Positions 29,159-38,520 are shown, counted from the stretch's first letter. The stretch is 64,000 nt of DNA from a virus (IMGVR_UViG_3300021431_000002), one strand, 5' to 3'. Notes: generated by a model from the letters alone, not told the origin. Numbers and translations are program-made.

Positions 29159-30142
29159 TTATTTAGCAAAAGTTTCAAATGCATCATCAACCAATTGAGA
29201 AACCATGTCTATCTGGTATGTCGCTAATTCGCTCCTAAACATTCTTCCACTCATTGTTCTTCTACCTTTCTTTTTCTTAGACACGAAAACTGTTTTACCA
29301 CCTTTGTTATCTTTCGATGGTTTAAGCTGCTCGTCTTCAGTAGAATACCCAATGTGGGTGAAACCTAAAAATGAACCGTTTTTCTCAATTTTGCAGAGTT
29401 CAACATGATTTGCGCCATATTTAAACTCTCCAGTACGAACCTTAATTTGTTTAATGTACCTTGTTGAGGGGTCTTTAAGACTCATACCAACTGCAAACAT
29501 TGCATCAAAAAAATTGGTTAGTTTTTTACTACCACTTAGGCTGTTCTGCGTAAGTGGAGAACCCAAATTCCTTTTTGGTGTATGCGAGAGAACTAGAATA
29601 CTCATTCCGTATTTTTTCTTTAACGTACAGAGATTTTTCATAAGTTTTCCAGCAGTAGTTGCAGTATCTTTCATATTGACAAGCCAACTAAGGTTATCAA
29701 CAATTATAATTTTTGAATTGTATTTGTTAATGTTAGCCTCAATTCCACCAATAAGAACATCATCGAAACTTTCTTTTGTCGCATCACAATAATCTTTGAC
29801 CGCATCTGAATCAAGTTCCACTCTAATGAACTTATCACTGAAATTAAAGGTATCCTTTGTTTTCTCGTCAGTATATCTAAGCTCAAACTGTTTTTTACTC
29901 AACTCAAAATCGTAGTATAAAACAGTCTCACCGTTTTTCACTTTTTCAGCAATGGCATTACCAATCTGAACGGCAAGAATACTCTTACCTACATTTGCGT
30001 CAGCAAAAAGGCAACAGACCTCATTTTCAAACCAAAACTCTTTCCAAAGTTTCTTGGGGTCTTTCTGCTCTTTCGCTTTAACAATTGTCTCATTGGCACT
30101 CATGCCACTGAATATGTCTGCTAAAGATGGTTTATTTGCCAT
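29159..30142 (-). CDS. RecA-like / AAA_25-type P-loop ATPase
   Basis: Walker A ADANVGKS and Walker B KIIIVDNLS. Confidence 0.55.
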   Translation of the reverse strand: MANKPSLADIFSGMSANETIVKAKEQKDPKKLWKEFWFENEVCCLFADANVGKSILAVQIGNAIAEKVKNGETVLYYDFELSKKQFELRYTDEKTKDTFNFSDKFIRVELDSDAVKDYCDATKESFDDVLIGGIEANINKYNSKIIIVDNLSWLVNMKDTATTAGKLMKNLCTLKKKYGMSILVLSHTPKRNLGSPLTQNSLSGSKKLTNFFDAMFAVGMSLKDPSTRYIKQIKVRTGEFKYGANHVELCKIEKNGSFLGFTHIGYSTEDEQLKPSKDNKGGKTVFVSKKKKGRRTMSGRMFRSELATYQIDMVSQLVDDAFETFAK

Positions 30143-30435
30143 TACTTTTGTATTAAAGTTAGAGTTATTTCGTTATTATCGTAGTTATAAACCCTATTAA
30201 TTATTTTCCAATAAAGCCCACCTAATACCACAGTATCGCCTAAATCCAATACTAATGCAGTATTATTAACGTAGAAATACATGTCATGCTTTACAAGTGT
30301 CCCACATTTAAGTATTTCTTTCAATGTGCCATCTGTAAAACCATCTGGACGAGGGAAATTCCCTTTAACGATATATTCCTCAATGAAGTCTCTATCTTCT
30401 GAAATATAAAATCTAGTTCTAGTATAATAATCCAT
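30142..30435 (-). CDS. hypothetical protein. Start trimmed to MDYYTRT because the upstream extension is the rc of a tRNA-like element
   Basis: ORF in track. ATG at 30435. Confidence 0.35.
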   Translation of the reverse strand: MDYYTRTRFYISEDRDFIEEYIVKGNFPRPDGFTDGTLKEILKCGTLVKHDMYFYVNNTALVLDLGDTVVLGGLYWKIINRVYNYDNNEITLTLIQK

Positions 30436-30451
30436 AACGTTTTCTTTTAGA

Positions 30452-30559
30452 GTGCGGTAGAGGAATCGAACCTCTGTATTTGTCCTACCCATAGACGAAT
30501 CACAATGTGATGGTGGGCTCGAACCACCTTTCATGAATCCTAACCACTAGATGAACCGC
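30452..30559 (-). tRNA. 108-nt composite tRNA-like gene with an internal second T-arm-like hairpin
   Basis: Acceptor GTGCGGT/ACCGCAC spans 108 nt. T-arm AGAGG-TTCGATT-CCTCT. Internal GGTGG-TTCGAGC-CCACC and ATCAC-ATT-GTGAT hairpins. Confidence 0.3.
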
Positions 30560-30715
30560 ACATATAAAAACTGACTGCTAGGGGCAGACCCATTCTAATG
30601 TTTATCCCCTCTTAAAGTTGTACGCCCATAGGTATTATTACGTAATTATCCCCTATTGCTTTCAACGTCCTGTGGTACACCTTACTCAAATTACGTGCTC
30701 AACAGTCAGAAAAAT

Positions 30716-30795
30716 TGTGGTGACTAGAAGAATCGAACTTCTACCAAAATATACGTTATCAGCAAATTTAAATTGCGATGTCTAGGTGTTTCCTA
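30716..30795 (-). tRNA. tRNA-like element with a T-arm and a UAA-anticodon-like hairpin. 5' half not found
   Basis: AGAAG-TTCGATT-CTTCT and GCAA-TTTAAAT-TTGC. Confidence 0.25.
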
Positions 30796-30904
30796 AGTTT
30801 ATTTAAAGAGCGTTTTATACTAGGGTCTTTCGCATTCACTCTCTAGTCTGCCAATAGTTTCATTCTGTAACCGTTTGTCACCAAAGCAAAGAAACTTTAT
30901 TATT

Positions 30905-31294
30905 TCATGAGTGAAAAAATGATAAGGCTTTATCATTTTTTATTTCCATATTTTTTGTTTCCATGTTTCCAGAAATAGTAAAATATCTTTTGACCACATC
31001 TATATCTGATAAGGATGGACGAGTAAAACACTCAGTTTTTCCATTATAACATAATATATCCATATTACCAAATTTAGAATGTATTTCTTGTAGGTATTTA
31101 ATTAAATTTTCAAGGTCAAAACTTGCGCCATAATTAGTCGTTTTCACCTTTTTCCTCGTATCACGTAATTCCTTATAACAAATATTACTTACTAAAAGTG
31201 GGGAAAATGTTTTTTTCCTTTCATTGGCTTCACCAATGGTGATTTTTTCTTTTTCAACCCCATCTATTATAACACTTACAACTTTTTTATCCAT
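30905..31294 (-). CDS. hypothetical protein, with the start trimmed at the tRNA overlap
   Basis: ORF in track. Confidence 0.35.
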   Translation of the reverse strand: MDKKVVSVIIDGVEKEKITIGEANERKKTFSPLLVSNICYKELRDTRKKVKTTNYGASFDLENLIKYLQEIHSKFGNMDILCYNGKTECFTRPSLSDIDVVKRYFTISGNMETKNMEIKNDKALSFFHS

Positions 31295-31311
31295 ATTCCT
31301 AAATGTTTGTA

Positions 31312-31390
31312 CCCCCTCAAGGAATCGAACCTCGTTCTCCAGCGTCACGCTATTGTTGTCCTAACCTTTAGACGAAGGGAGTATAGCGGT
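31312..31390 (-). tRNA. tRNA-like element (T-arm CGAGG-TTCGATT-CCTTG) with an unresolved cloverleaf
   Basis: T-arm and partial acceptor only. Confidence 0.25.
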
Positions 31391-31585
31391 GGATTGATTT
31401 TGCTAGCGTTGCTCATTCCACCTAAAGCAAACAGTTGTACTCAACCAACGAGACGGTTTAGTTCCCCCGCAGACTCGAATTCCGACAACCCAGTCAGTTG
31501 CTTTAGGGCAACCACTCCACAACCTTATGCGTCATGCCATTACGCAATAGAAAAGGGAAGGTTGTGTACCCTTAGTATGTCTAGT

Positions 31586-32410
31586 TTATCGTCTGACATT
31601 CCACATTTGGCTAGCGTTACCACCAACTAGCACATCAATATTAGCGCCTTGTTTTGCAGCAATAGTTTCAATCCACTTAAGACTGATGAAATCTTGTGTA
31701 CTCAAACCAAGTTCCTCACGATATGCCTTATCAGCCTTTGCCCTCTGACGTTCAGCCTTTTCACGAGCCAACTGTACCTCTGCCTCACGCTCTTGAGTCT
31801 GCTTTGCTTGCACAGCCTTTGCAGTCTTGTTCATTTCAGCCAACTGTTCCTTATTAGGCATAGCCTTACCAATGGTAACTTGTTTTACGACAACTGGAAA
31901 CTCTTTCTCCTTGGACAACTTTGCCACATAATCTTGCATCTGCTTAAGCACCTTTGCGTCAATTTCATTGAGGATTGCACGATTACTCATAAGGTCAAAA
32001 GGACTATGCTGAGAAATATGGTCACGTACCAAGTTGCAGTAATAGTTATACAAGTTAGTATTGAACCAATCTACACCATAATTCTGCAACAGAATAGGAG
32101 ACTTACCCTTCTCAATCTGTGTGATGATAATGGTATGGAAATCCAACGGTGTGTTGTCATCAGAGAACAAATCGTCCATATCAACTTGATGTTTGAACGG
32201 AACAATCTTAAATGTCTCAGAAGACGTGCTCCACCAAACCCACGTCAAACCTGTCTGTACTGGAGTCATGTCAATACCACCATGTCCAAAAAACCAAGGC
32301 TTTTCAATGAGAACTGATTCCTCATCAGCCCCTGGACGCACACCATGACAACTTGTCATACTAGCCATTGCTACAACAGCAAGCGAAAATACTACTAAAA
32401 ATTTCTTCAT
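31586..32410 (-). CDS. lipoprotein with a possible SPFH/band-7-like C-terminus
   Basis: MKKFLVVFSLAVVAMASMTSC lipobox. C-terminal charged coiled region. Confidence 0.35.
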   Translation of the reverse strand: MKKFLVVFSLAVVAMASMTSCHGVRPGADEESVLIEKPWFFGHGGIDMTPVQTGLTWVWWSTSSETFKIVPFKHQVDMDDLFSDDNTPLDFHTIIITQIEKGKSPILLQNYGVDWFNTNLYNYYCNLVRDHISQHSPFDLMSNRAILNEIDAKVLKQMQDYVAKLSKEKEFPVVVKQVTIGKAMPNKEQLAEMNKTAKAVQAKQTQEREAEVQLAREKAERQRAKADKAYREELGLSTQDFISLKWIETIAAKQGANIDVLVGGNASQMWNVRR

Positions 32411-32445
32411 GTTTTAATATTTAAATTAATTGTTTGAAATTCGAT

Positions 32446-32482
32446 ACAAAGATATGAAAAAAAATTGGTTTAACCAAATTTG
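32446..32482 (-). promoter_or_regulatory. Bacteroidetes-type promoter
   Basis: tacaaagata plus a ccaaattt box, immediately upstream of 31586..32410. Confidence 0.5.
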
Positions 32483-32499
32483 TTAACATCATTTAAGAA

Positions 32500-32859
32500 C
32501 TAATCCTCAGTAATCGTATCTACAACCCATTGGATAAATTTATCTTGGAGTTTTGCTGCATCCGTATGGTTAAGATGATAACACCCTTCACTAGTTCCAG
32601 TGAGTTTTCTCCAACCACGAACCATAATCAGATTACCTTTTATGTATAGCTTGTCTTTCTCTACAGCTACATCTTTTTTATTGTATTTTTCAGATGGCTC
32701 ACCATTGAGAATGCCTACAATGTTAAGCATATGCGATTGCGCAACATCCCCAAACGCTGTAAACGTTTTAGTTCCGTTCTTGCTGAAACCATAAATTTTG
32801 AACCCACCAACATAAAATGGTGGCATATATACGTCTTTAAACGTTAATTCTTTATTCAT
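32500..32859 (-). CDS. hypothetical protein (119 aa)
   Basis: ORF in track. Confidence 0.4.
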   Translation of the reverse strand: MNKELTFKDVYMPPFYVGGFKIYGFSKNGTKTFTAFGDVAQSHMLNIVGILNGEPSEKYNKKDVAVEKDKLYIKGNLIMVRGWRKLTGTSEGCYHLNHTDAAKLQDKFIQWVVDTITED

Positions 32860-32877
32860 GCACTATATATTTCTTAG

Positions 32878-32950
32878 TTGCAGAAGATAGATTCGAACTA
32901 CCGACCTCCCCATTATGCGTGGGGCGAGCTACCGACTGCTCCACTCTGCG
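32878..32950 (-). tRNA. initiator-like tRNA-fMet(CAU) with a C1:A72 mismatch
   Basis: Acceptor CGCAGAG/TTCTGCA. D-arm GAGC-AGTCGGTA-GCTC. Anticodon arm CCCCA-CGCATAA-TGGGG. T-arm GGTAG-TTCGAAT-CTATC. Confidence 0.55.
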
Positions 32951-32995
32951 ATGCTATCTGTTTATATCGTCTATTATAGCAAAGACCTAAGTACC

Positions 32996-33055
32996 TAGAA
33001 TGGTATCGAACTTTCAAAAGGTAATGGCCTGTCACCTAATGACTCTGATACCATC
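32996..33055 (-). ncRNA. tRNA-like minihelix with a 7-bp acceptor-like stem and no canonical arms
   Basis: TGGTATC...GATACCA terminal stem, with an internal GGTGA-CAGGCCA-TTACC hairpin. Confidence 0.2.
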
Positions 33056-33056
33056 G

Positions 33057-33130
33057 TGGGCCTAGCAAGGCTTGAACTTGCGACCTTCAGATTATGAGTC
33101 TGCTGCTCTAACCAACTGAGCTATAGGCCC
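33057..33130 (-). tRNA. tRNA-Met(CAU), elongator or Ile2 type
   Basis: Acceptor GGGCCTA/TAGGCCC. D-arm GCTC-AGTTGGTTA-GAGC. Anticodon arm GCAGA-CTCATAA-TCTGA. T-arm GCAAG-TTCAAGC-CTTGC. Confidence 0.7.
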
Positions 33131-33426
33131 TAGTGCCAAAGGAACTTTCAAATTAATTCTATCGCATATACCGTGTTTTACGCCTAGACTATAACACATT
33201 TAAGCTAATATCCTTCCGTTTTAGCGCATATACAAATCCTACGTTAGACTCTCTTTGGCTATATCTTTATTTATTAACCCCAATCATCATCATAGTCTTC
33301 ATCGTATTCATCAGAAAGAGATTCATCGCAATCCTCTTCATAATCATCATAAAGGGATTCATCTAGATAATCGTTATACTCCTCAACCATAATTTACAAT
33401 GTTTTTTGTTTCACAATGCAAAGATA

Positions 33427-33464
33427 CGGAAAAAAAATGTAATAGCCAAATTTATTAACTTTTT
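33427..33464 (-). promoter_or_regulatory. Bacteroidetes-type promoter
   Basis: tgcaaagata and ccaaattt boxes. Upstream of a 38-aa acidic micro-ORF (33296-33391). Confidence 0.45.
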
Positions 33465-33865
33465 TTACAAATTGTAACTATTCCAATTATCACCAAAATT
33501 ATAGCGCATAAAATAAAAACGATTAAAACGATAGCTGCCATCCCAATAATAGTAACAGATAGTTTTAAAAGATTATTCGCTAAATTTTGAATGAATGCAG
33601 CAGTCTTTTTTTCTTTTTCTATTTTTTCATCTATTTTTTTCTGTTTCTCTATGGAGTCGGTTTTAGATATTATAGGAACTAACTGCAATTTGTCATTTTC
33701 ATCTATCTTGAGGCCAATATCAACTCGTCCATCATTGAAAATAAGATATTCTTTGCCATTTGCATCTTTTCCCTTTACCCCTTGAAAATAATAGGTATCA
33801 GCATATGTAAACAAAGACAACGATAACGCAATCACAATTGTCCAAATTTTTTTTTCACCAATCAT
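33455..33865 (-). CDS. membrane protein (136 aa)
   Basis: N- and C-terminal transmembrane helices. Confidence 0.4.
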   Translation of the reverse strand: MIGEKKIWTIVIALSLSLFTYADTYYFQGVKGKDANGKEYLIFNDGRVDIGLKIDENDKLQLVPIISKTDSIEKQKKIDEKIEKEKKTAAFIQNLANNLLKLSVTIIGMAAIVLIVFILCAIILVIIGIVTICKKS

Positions 33866-33866
33866 A

Positions 33867-34235
33867 TCAGTATTTTTGTTTAGATTGAATTACACCTCTC
33901 ACACCCCCTCTTGGGTCTTCGCAATCACCATTATATCTAGGTATAATGTGTATATGGCAATGCATAACGGTTTGTCCAGCAGCCTCGCCACAATTCACCC
34001 CTATGTTATAGCCATTTGGCTGGTATTTAGAATCAAGTATTTCTTTAACGTGGTCAACTGCACTAGCTAGAGCACCCAATTCCACTTGGTTTAAATCAAA
34101 ATATGTTTCACAATGCCTTTTGGGAATTAATAGGGTATGTCCTTTCGAAACTGGATAACCATCTGAAATAGCCACCCATAAAGAATCTTGATAGATTATT
34201 CTATCTTCTTTGATACCACAAAATACACAGCCCAT
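33867..34235 (-). CDS. HIT-family (histidine triad) hydrolase
   Basis: HCHIHIIPR histidine-triad motif. Confidence 0.75.
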   Translation of the reverse strand: MGCVFCGIKEDRIIYQDSLWVAISDGYPVSKGHTLLIPKRHCETYFDLNQVELGALASAVDHVKEILDSKYQPNGYNIGVNCGEAAGQTVMHCHIHIIPRYNGDCEDPRGGVRGVIQSKQKY

Positions 34236-34735
34236 TATTCTTCAGCAGTAATGCGTTTAACTTCAACTATAAGAGCGTCTAAAGCAGATTCAATTACAGT
34301 TTCAATATTTTGACCTCGCAGACCATCTACTTGTATTTTGCTATATTTAAAATCTACTTTCTTATCTGTCATTGTTGCTATACAAATCCAAACGACATTA
34401 TGAGTCTCCTCATTAAAGTCTTCCGTAGGTGATACATTACCAACCACCGCAACACAAATATCTGTATCTAACTTATAAAGACCATTTAAAGCCATTTGGC
34501 AAGCCACTTGGGAACTTACAAGCCCATTGTTTTTTATTGCGTTAGATGACACATCTAACAGTTTTTCCATGTGAGGCTGGTCAACAACAACTATTGTTCC
34601 GCAATAAACTGTATCTAGTCCACACATACTTGATATGGATGCGCCAAGTAAACCACTAGTACAATGTTCTACTGTGCCAATCGTTAAGTTTGAATTAAGT
34701 AACTCTACGCCCAATACCCTTAATTTATCCTTCAT
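34235..34735 (-). CDS. CinA C-terminal / PncC-like NMN deamidase
   Basis: TVEHCTSGLLG matches the AESCTGG motif. VAVVGNVSP matches the SISGIAGP region. Confidence 0.55.
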   Translation of the reverse strand: MKDKLRVLGVELLNSNLTIGTVEHCTSGLLGASISSMCGLDTVYCGTIVVVDQPHMEKLLDVSSNAIKNNGLVSSQVACQMALNGLYKLDTDICVAVVGNVSPTEDFNEETHNVVWICIATMTDKKVDFKYSKIQVDGLRGQNIETVIESALDALIVEVKRITAEE

Positions 34736-34740
34736 ATGTT

Positions 34741-35214
34741 TTATTTTTTATACAATTCTTTTTGGAGAGCAAGCATTTTCTTATCAACATTTCTACGCTC
34801 TTCCCTTAGTCTATTAATAACTATATTATATGCATCCTCTTTTTGAAGGTAGATGCATATATCTGCTCTACCCCTATAATACCAATGGTTTCTAACCATC
34901 GAAGATTCTCCAACTAGTTTAGTGGTGTTTCTAGGTGATGGTGTGGTAATACCATTAGGTAATATGAAGTAAGACAAATGTATAATAGTATCATAACCAG
35001 TTTGCCTACCTAGTTTATCATATTTCATTAATACTAGGCTATTGCCATAACCATTATATCTAACTTTCGCAGTTCTAGGGGTGACTTTGTTTCCACACAC
35101 CTCATAATACTGAATCATTTGTCCGTTTAATTGTTTTAAATCATTAAATGTCATTGCATAATAATTTATAATTTCATTTTGCGCAAATGTATAAAAAAAA
35201 ATTGAGAAAGACAA
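34741..35214 (-). CDS. hypothetical protein (157 aa)
   Basis: ORF in track. Confidence 0.4.
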   Translation of the reverse strand: MSFSIFFYTFAQNEIINYYAMTFNDLKQLNGQMIQYYEVCGNKVTPRTAKVRYNGYGNSLVLMKYDKLGRQTGYDTIIHLSYFILPNGITTPSPRNTTKLVGESSMVRNHWYYRGRADICIYLQKEDAYNIVINRLREERRNVDKKMLALQKELYKK

Positions 35215-35235
35215 CCATCTTCCTCAACTTTAAGC

Positions 35236-35643
35236 TTATTTAACAGTTAGTGCCTTTATTTCTATTTGTCGAGCAACATCCATCATCGTTTCGCTTGTGA
35301 TGCTGTTTTCAAAATAAGTATATATCTCTTCTTTACTTTTTAATACAGCACCCTCTTTGTGGTAGACTGTTTTCATGAGAAACCTTTCTCCATATTTCTC
35401 ATATAATGGGTCAAAACTTTTGCGAACAACCAATTTTGAAGCCGCCTCAATAGAATCACGCAGTTCATCGGCATCAACTGAATAATACCCCTCAGTATTG
35501 TATACTTTCAAGGTGTATTCTAGTTTAACGCTATCTTTAAGTGCCTCATAAGTTGTAAATGCACACTGAATGTCTAAACCAGGGGTTTCATTACATGATG
35601 CGAGACATACAATCGCTAAAATTGCTAATAAAATCTTTTTCAT
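35236..35643 (-). CDS. lipoprotein (135 aa)
   Basis: MKKILLAILAIVCLASC lipobox. Confidence 0.5.
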   Translation of the reverse strand: MKKILLAILAIVCLASCNETPGLDIQCAFTTYEALKDSVKLEYTLKVYNTEGYYSVDADELRDSIEAASKLVVRKSFDPLYEKYGERFLMKTVYHKEGAVLKSKEEIYTYFENSITSETMMDVARQIEIKALTVK

Positions 35644-35662
35644 ACTGTTTATTGTTTTATTG

Positions 35663-35735
35663 ATGCAAAGGTACGAAAAAAAGCTGAACTAGCCAAATAA
35701 TCAGTTCAACTTTAACAATCTTTAATCATTTATTA
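35663..35735. repeat. about 72-bp promoter/leader repeat, copy 1 (second copy at 36337..36410)
   Basis: gcaaaggtacgaaaaaaag..gaacta.ccaaataat.agt.caactttaacaatctttaa is nearly identical in both copies. Confidence 0.6.
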
Positions 35736-36303
35736 AACATCTTCTCTTTTTGGGCTTATAGTCATATGTGAATTCAAATCTTTTAAGCATTTGGTTGACT
35801 GTAAGCATTAAAATATCTTTAAGTTTGTTTTTAAAGAATTCTTGATAATCTTTATATGGAAAATTTTCTTTTTTTCTTTTCCAGTATTTTGTTTTATGCA
35901 GTTTGCTCAAATTAAAATAAAAATTATATCCGTCATACATTTCATCCCCTAAAGATATTGTGTTATCGTTATTTATTTTGAAATAAAATGATATAAATGA
36001 TGTTGGAGAAAAATCGTTAAAAATTGATTTTGTATTTATTAAGAAACCTTTTTGTTCTTTGCAAAATTTATAATGTCCAAATACATAATTATCATAATAA
36101 TAATATTTGCTTCCACAAGGTTTTTCATCCAAAGAACTTGTGAGAATTACGCAGTTATGTAATCCGATAAACTTTAACACTGCTGGTGCTATTGGACTTA
36201 ATGGAACAAATAAAAGATAATCACCAAACATAAAATCTACATAATCAACCCCATAAATTAATTTTTTTTTGTTTTTGTTGTACTCTTCTATAAAATTTGT
36301 CAT
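35722..36303 (-). CDS. hypothetical protein (193 aa)
   Basis: ORF in track. Confidence 0.4.
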   Translation of the reverse strand: MTNFIEEYNKNKKKLIYGVDYVDFMFGDYLLFVPLSPIAPAVLKFIGLHNCVILTSSLDEKPCGSKYYYYDNYVFGHYKFCKEQKGFLINTKSIFNDFSPTSFISFYFKINNDNTISLGDEMYDGYNFYFNLSKLHKTKYWKRKKENFPYKDYQEFFKNKLKDILMLTVNQMLKRFEFTYDYKPKKRRCLIND

Positions 36304-36336
36304 AAAAAAATATTTTTATTACTATTTTAATTTATA

Positions 36337-36410
36337 GTGCAAAGGTACGAAAAAAAGTCGAACTAACCAAATAATTAGTCCAACTTTAACAATCTTTAAC
36401 TTTACACTTG
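36337..36410. repeat. about 72-bp promoter/leader repeat, copy 2
   Basis: See 35663..35735. Confidence 0.6.
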
Positions 36411-36607
36411 TTTTGCGCCTTGTTTATCTTAGGTCAATAATATAGAATAGGTTTACCTATACCAACCATAAAGGTATCCTCTTATCCATCAAGGAACTAG
36501 GGTAAGGGGCTAATCCTCGCACCGCATTACTGCTTCACCTACCATTTCTTACGTGGTTTGTGCTGTCTTACCTATTTCAGTACTTCACTTGAGTACACCA
36601 GCCGTAG

Positions 36608-36698
36608 TGAGCATAGTAGGATTCGAACCCACGATGAACTTTCTCAAGCCCATAACGGTTTTAGGGACCGCCACAATCGACCACTCTGCCATATGCCC
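36608..36698 (-). tRNA. class-II tRNA with a CUA anticodon loop (CCCTAAA): candidate amber-suppressor tRNA
   Basis: Acceptor GGGCATA/TATGCTC plus A73. D-arm GCA-GAGTGGTCGAT-TGT. Anticodon arm GCGGT-CCCTAAA-ACCGT. Long variable arm. T-arm GTGGG-TTCGAAT-CCTAC. Confidence 0.45.
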
Positions 36699-36707
36699 AG
36701 TTAAATA

Positions 36708-37028
36708 TTAAGATTCAGATAATCTTTTTAATTTATTATTAAGAACAAGAATCATACCTTCAGCGATTAGTTTCTCATTCTCATAGTGTTTTATTCTTTT
36801 TTTCAAAGTTTCAACTAGTACTTTATTTGCTTCTTCTGTGGTGTCATATACTACACTGCCGTTAATTAGATAATCACCATTTGCTAGGTCTTTCCGTCCA
36901 ATTTTGAAAATAGGGCGTTCCCTACCATCATCAATTGGTTTACTAACTACGACACTAGTAGTTATTTCATCATCACCACTTATATATATGGCAGTATCGC
37001 CAACATTTAAATCTGCTGCTTTTTTCAT
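36708..37028 (-). CDS. hypothetical protein (106 aa)
   Basis: ORF in track. Confidence 0.4.
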   Translation of the reverse strand: MKKAADLNVGDTAIYISGDDEITTSVVVSKPIDDGRERPIFKIGRKDLANGDYLINGSVVYDTTEEANKVLVETLKKRIKHYENEKLIAEGMILVLNNKLKRLSES

Positions 37029-37129
37029 AATGCAAATATATGAAAATTATTTTAAATAACAAAATATTTTCAATAGTTTTAACAAAAAAAAGCACTATAA
37101 GCTAAAGCCCATAGTACTTTTATATCGCA

Positions 37130-37429
37130 TCAGTCTTCGGTTACTGTTTTCAAATTTTTAAATAGCTCTTCGTGTCCGAAAACCGCCAAGGCTGTTGTTT
37201 TATAGTTTAAATCTGGTTCTTTAAACTCGGTATAGTCAATGCCATACCCTTCAAGCCTTCTTTTCCACTTATCTACGTCAGCATATAGATAAATCAAATA
37301 ATCGTTACTCCATTCAAGGCTATTGGGATGCTCAATCATCCATTGAGCCACTGCATGACCTCCTTGAACACAACCATATACTGGTTTTAACGCTCTATCT
37401 ACGAGTATGTATAACTTCTTTTTAATCAT
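37130..37429 (-). CDS. possible PTH2-like peptidyl-tRNA hydrolase
   Basis: KLYILVDRALKPVYGCVQGGHAVAQW resembles the PTH2 GKGKIAAQCxHA core. Start trimmed to MIKKK. Confidence 0.3.
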   Translation of the reverse strand: MIKKKLYILVDRALKPVYGCVQGGHAVAQWMIEHPNSLEWSNDYLIYLYADVDKWKRRLEGYGIDYTEFKEPDLNYKTTALAVFGHEELFKNLKTVTED

Positions 37430-37733
37430 TGTCTTCTGCGGATGCAAATTTGTTATACTCCTCGATAACGTAATTTTTAAAAAGTGGAATTGCATAATTC
37501 TCAGTCATATCACCACCACTACCAACTATTCTACCATTGTAGAGACCTTTATGGCAACGAGTCTTAACCTCTTCATCAAGGTACTTATCACGTTCCTCAC
37601 CTTCAATACGATGCTTAAAAATGTAATATGCTACGTAAGTCCAATGAGAATGCTCTCTACTTTTGATATACTCCTTAAATTTAAGATACTGTTCTTTAGT
37701 GGTTGCGTTGTTTGTAAAAATTTTTGTATTCAT
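37422..37733 (-). CDS. hypothetical protein (103 aa)
   Basis: ORF in track. Confidence 0.4.
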   Translation of the reverse strand: MNTKIFTNNATTKEQYLKFKEYIKSREHSHWTYVAYYIFKHRIEGEERDKYLDEEVKTRCHKGLYNGRIVGSGGDMTENYAIPLFKNYVIEEYNKFASAEDND

Positions 37734-37957
37734 ATTTTTTCCTATTATTAATTCGTTATATTCTTTAAATGTTAAAAACTTTACTTCACTTTTTTTCCCT
37801 AACGAATTAATTTTAGGAGTGCCACGAACACGATTCAGCTACCAAAATTGGCTGAAAACCTACCAAAAACTGTTTTTCTTCATAATAATAATTTTTATTT
37901 TAATTAGTTAATAAAAGGAAATGATATACTTGTTGGCATAAAAAGAGTGTCATAATT

Positions 37958-38233
37958 TTAATCTTTGTGTGATTGATTATATTCATCCATAGCACGTTTT
38001 GCCTCTTCATAAGAATATGTTTTTCTATCATTTGGCAAAAACCAACACTTCTGACCGTATTCATCGATTGTTTCAATACCTCTCATTGTAATCATATCAA
38101 AGTCGTATTTTTTGGCTAATAATTTTATTTTTTCACAATCTCTGTAATTATCTCTTCCAAAGATTTTTCTTGCAGCATCACTAAGTGATGAGCAATTATC
38201 AAAAAATTCGTAATTTAAATTTTCCATATTCAT
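37958..38233 (-). CDS. hypothetical protein (91 aa)
   Basis: ORF in track. Confidence 0.4.
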   Translation of the reverse strand: MNMENLNYEFFDNCSSLSDAARKIFGRDNYRDCEKIKLLAKKYDFDMITMRGIETIDEYGQKCWFLPNDRKTYSYEEAKRAMDEYNQSHKD

Positions 38234-38284
38234 TATACCTTTTATTATAAATATAATGAAATGTGGAGAAAATTCAAGTCGAAA

Positions 38285-38356
38285 GTAAAAAAGTGGAGGC
38301 TGTGGGATTCGAACCCCTCTGTGACAGTGCAGATGTCAAGTGCTAGCCTTTACACT
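38285..38356 (-). tRNA. tRNA-Ala(UGC)-like with a G3:U70 pair and a weak T-stem
   Basis: Acceptor GGGGGCT/AGCCTCC. Anticodon arm TGACA-TCTGCAC-TGTCA. T-arm AGGGG-TTCGAAT-CCCAC has two mismatches. Confidence 0.4.
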
Positions 38357-38520
38357 ACAGCCCCCGTTTGTTAGTTTTTATACAGAACTAACAAACTGTT
38401 GCGAAAACAATGAAGATTCTCAAGATTGTTTACAGGATATTAGAGACTATTCATTTCATTGTTTCATTTGTCACCCATTATGGAGTCGAACCATAAAATA
38501 CCACTTGGGTATTGGAGAAT

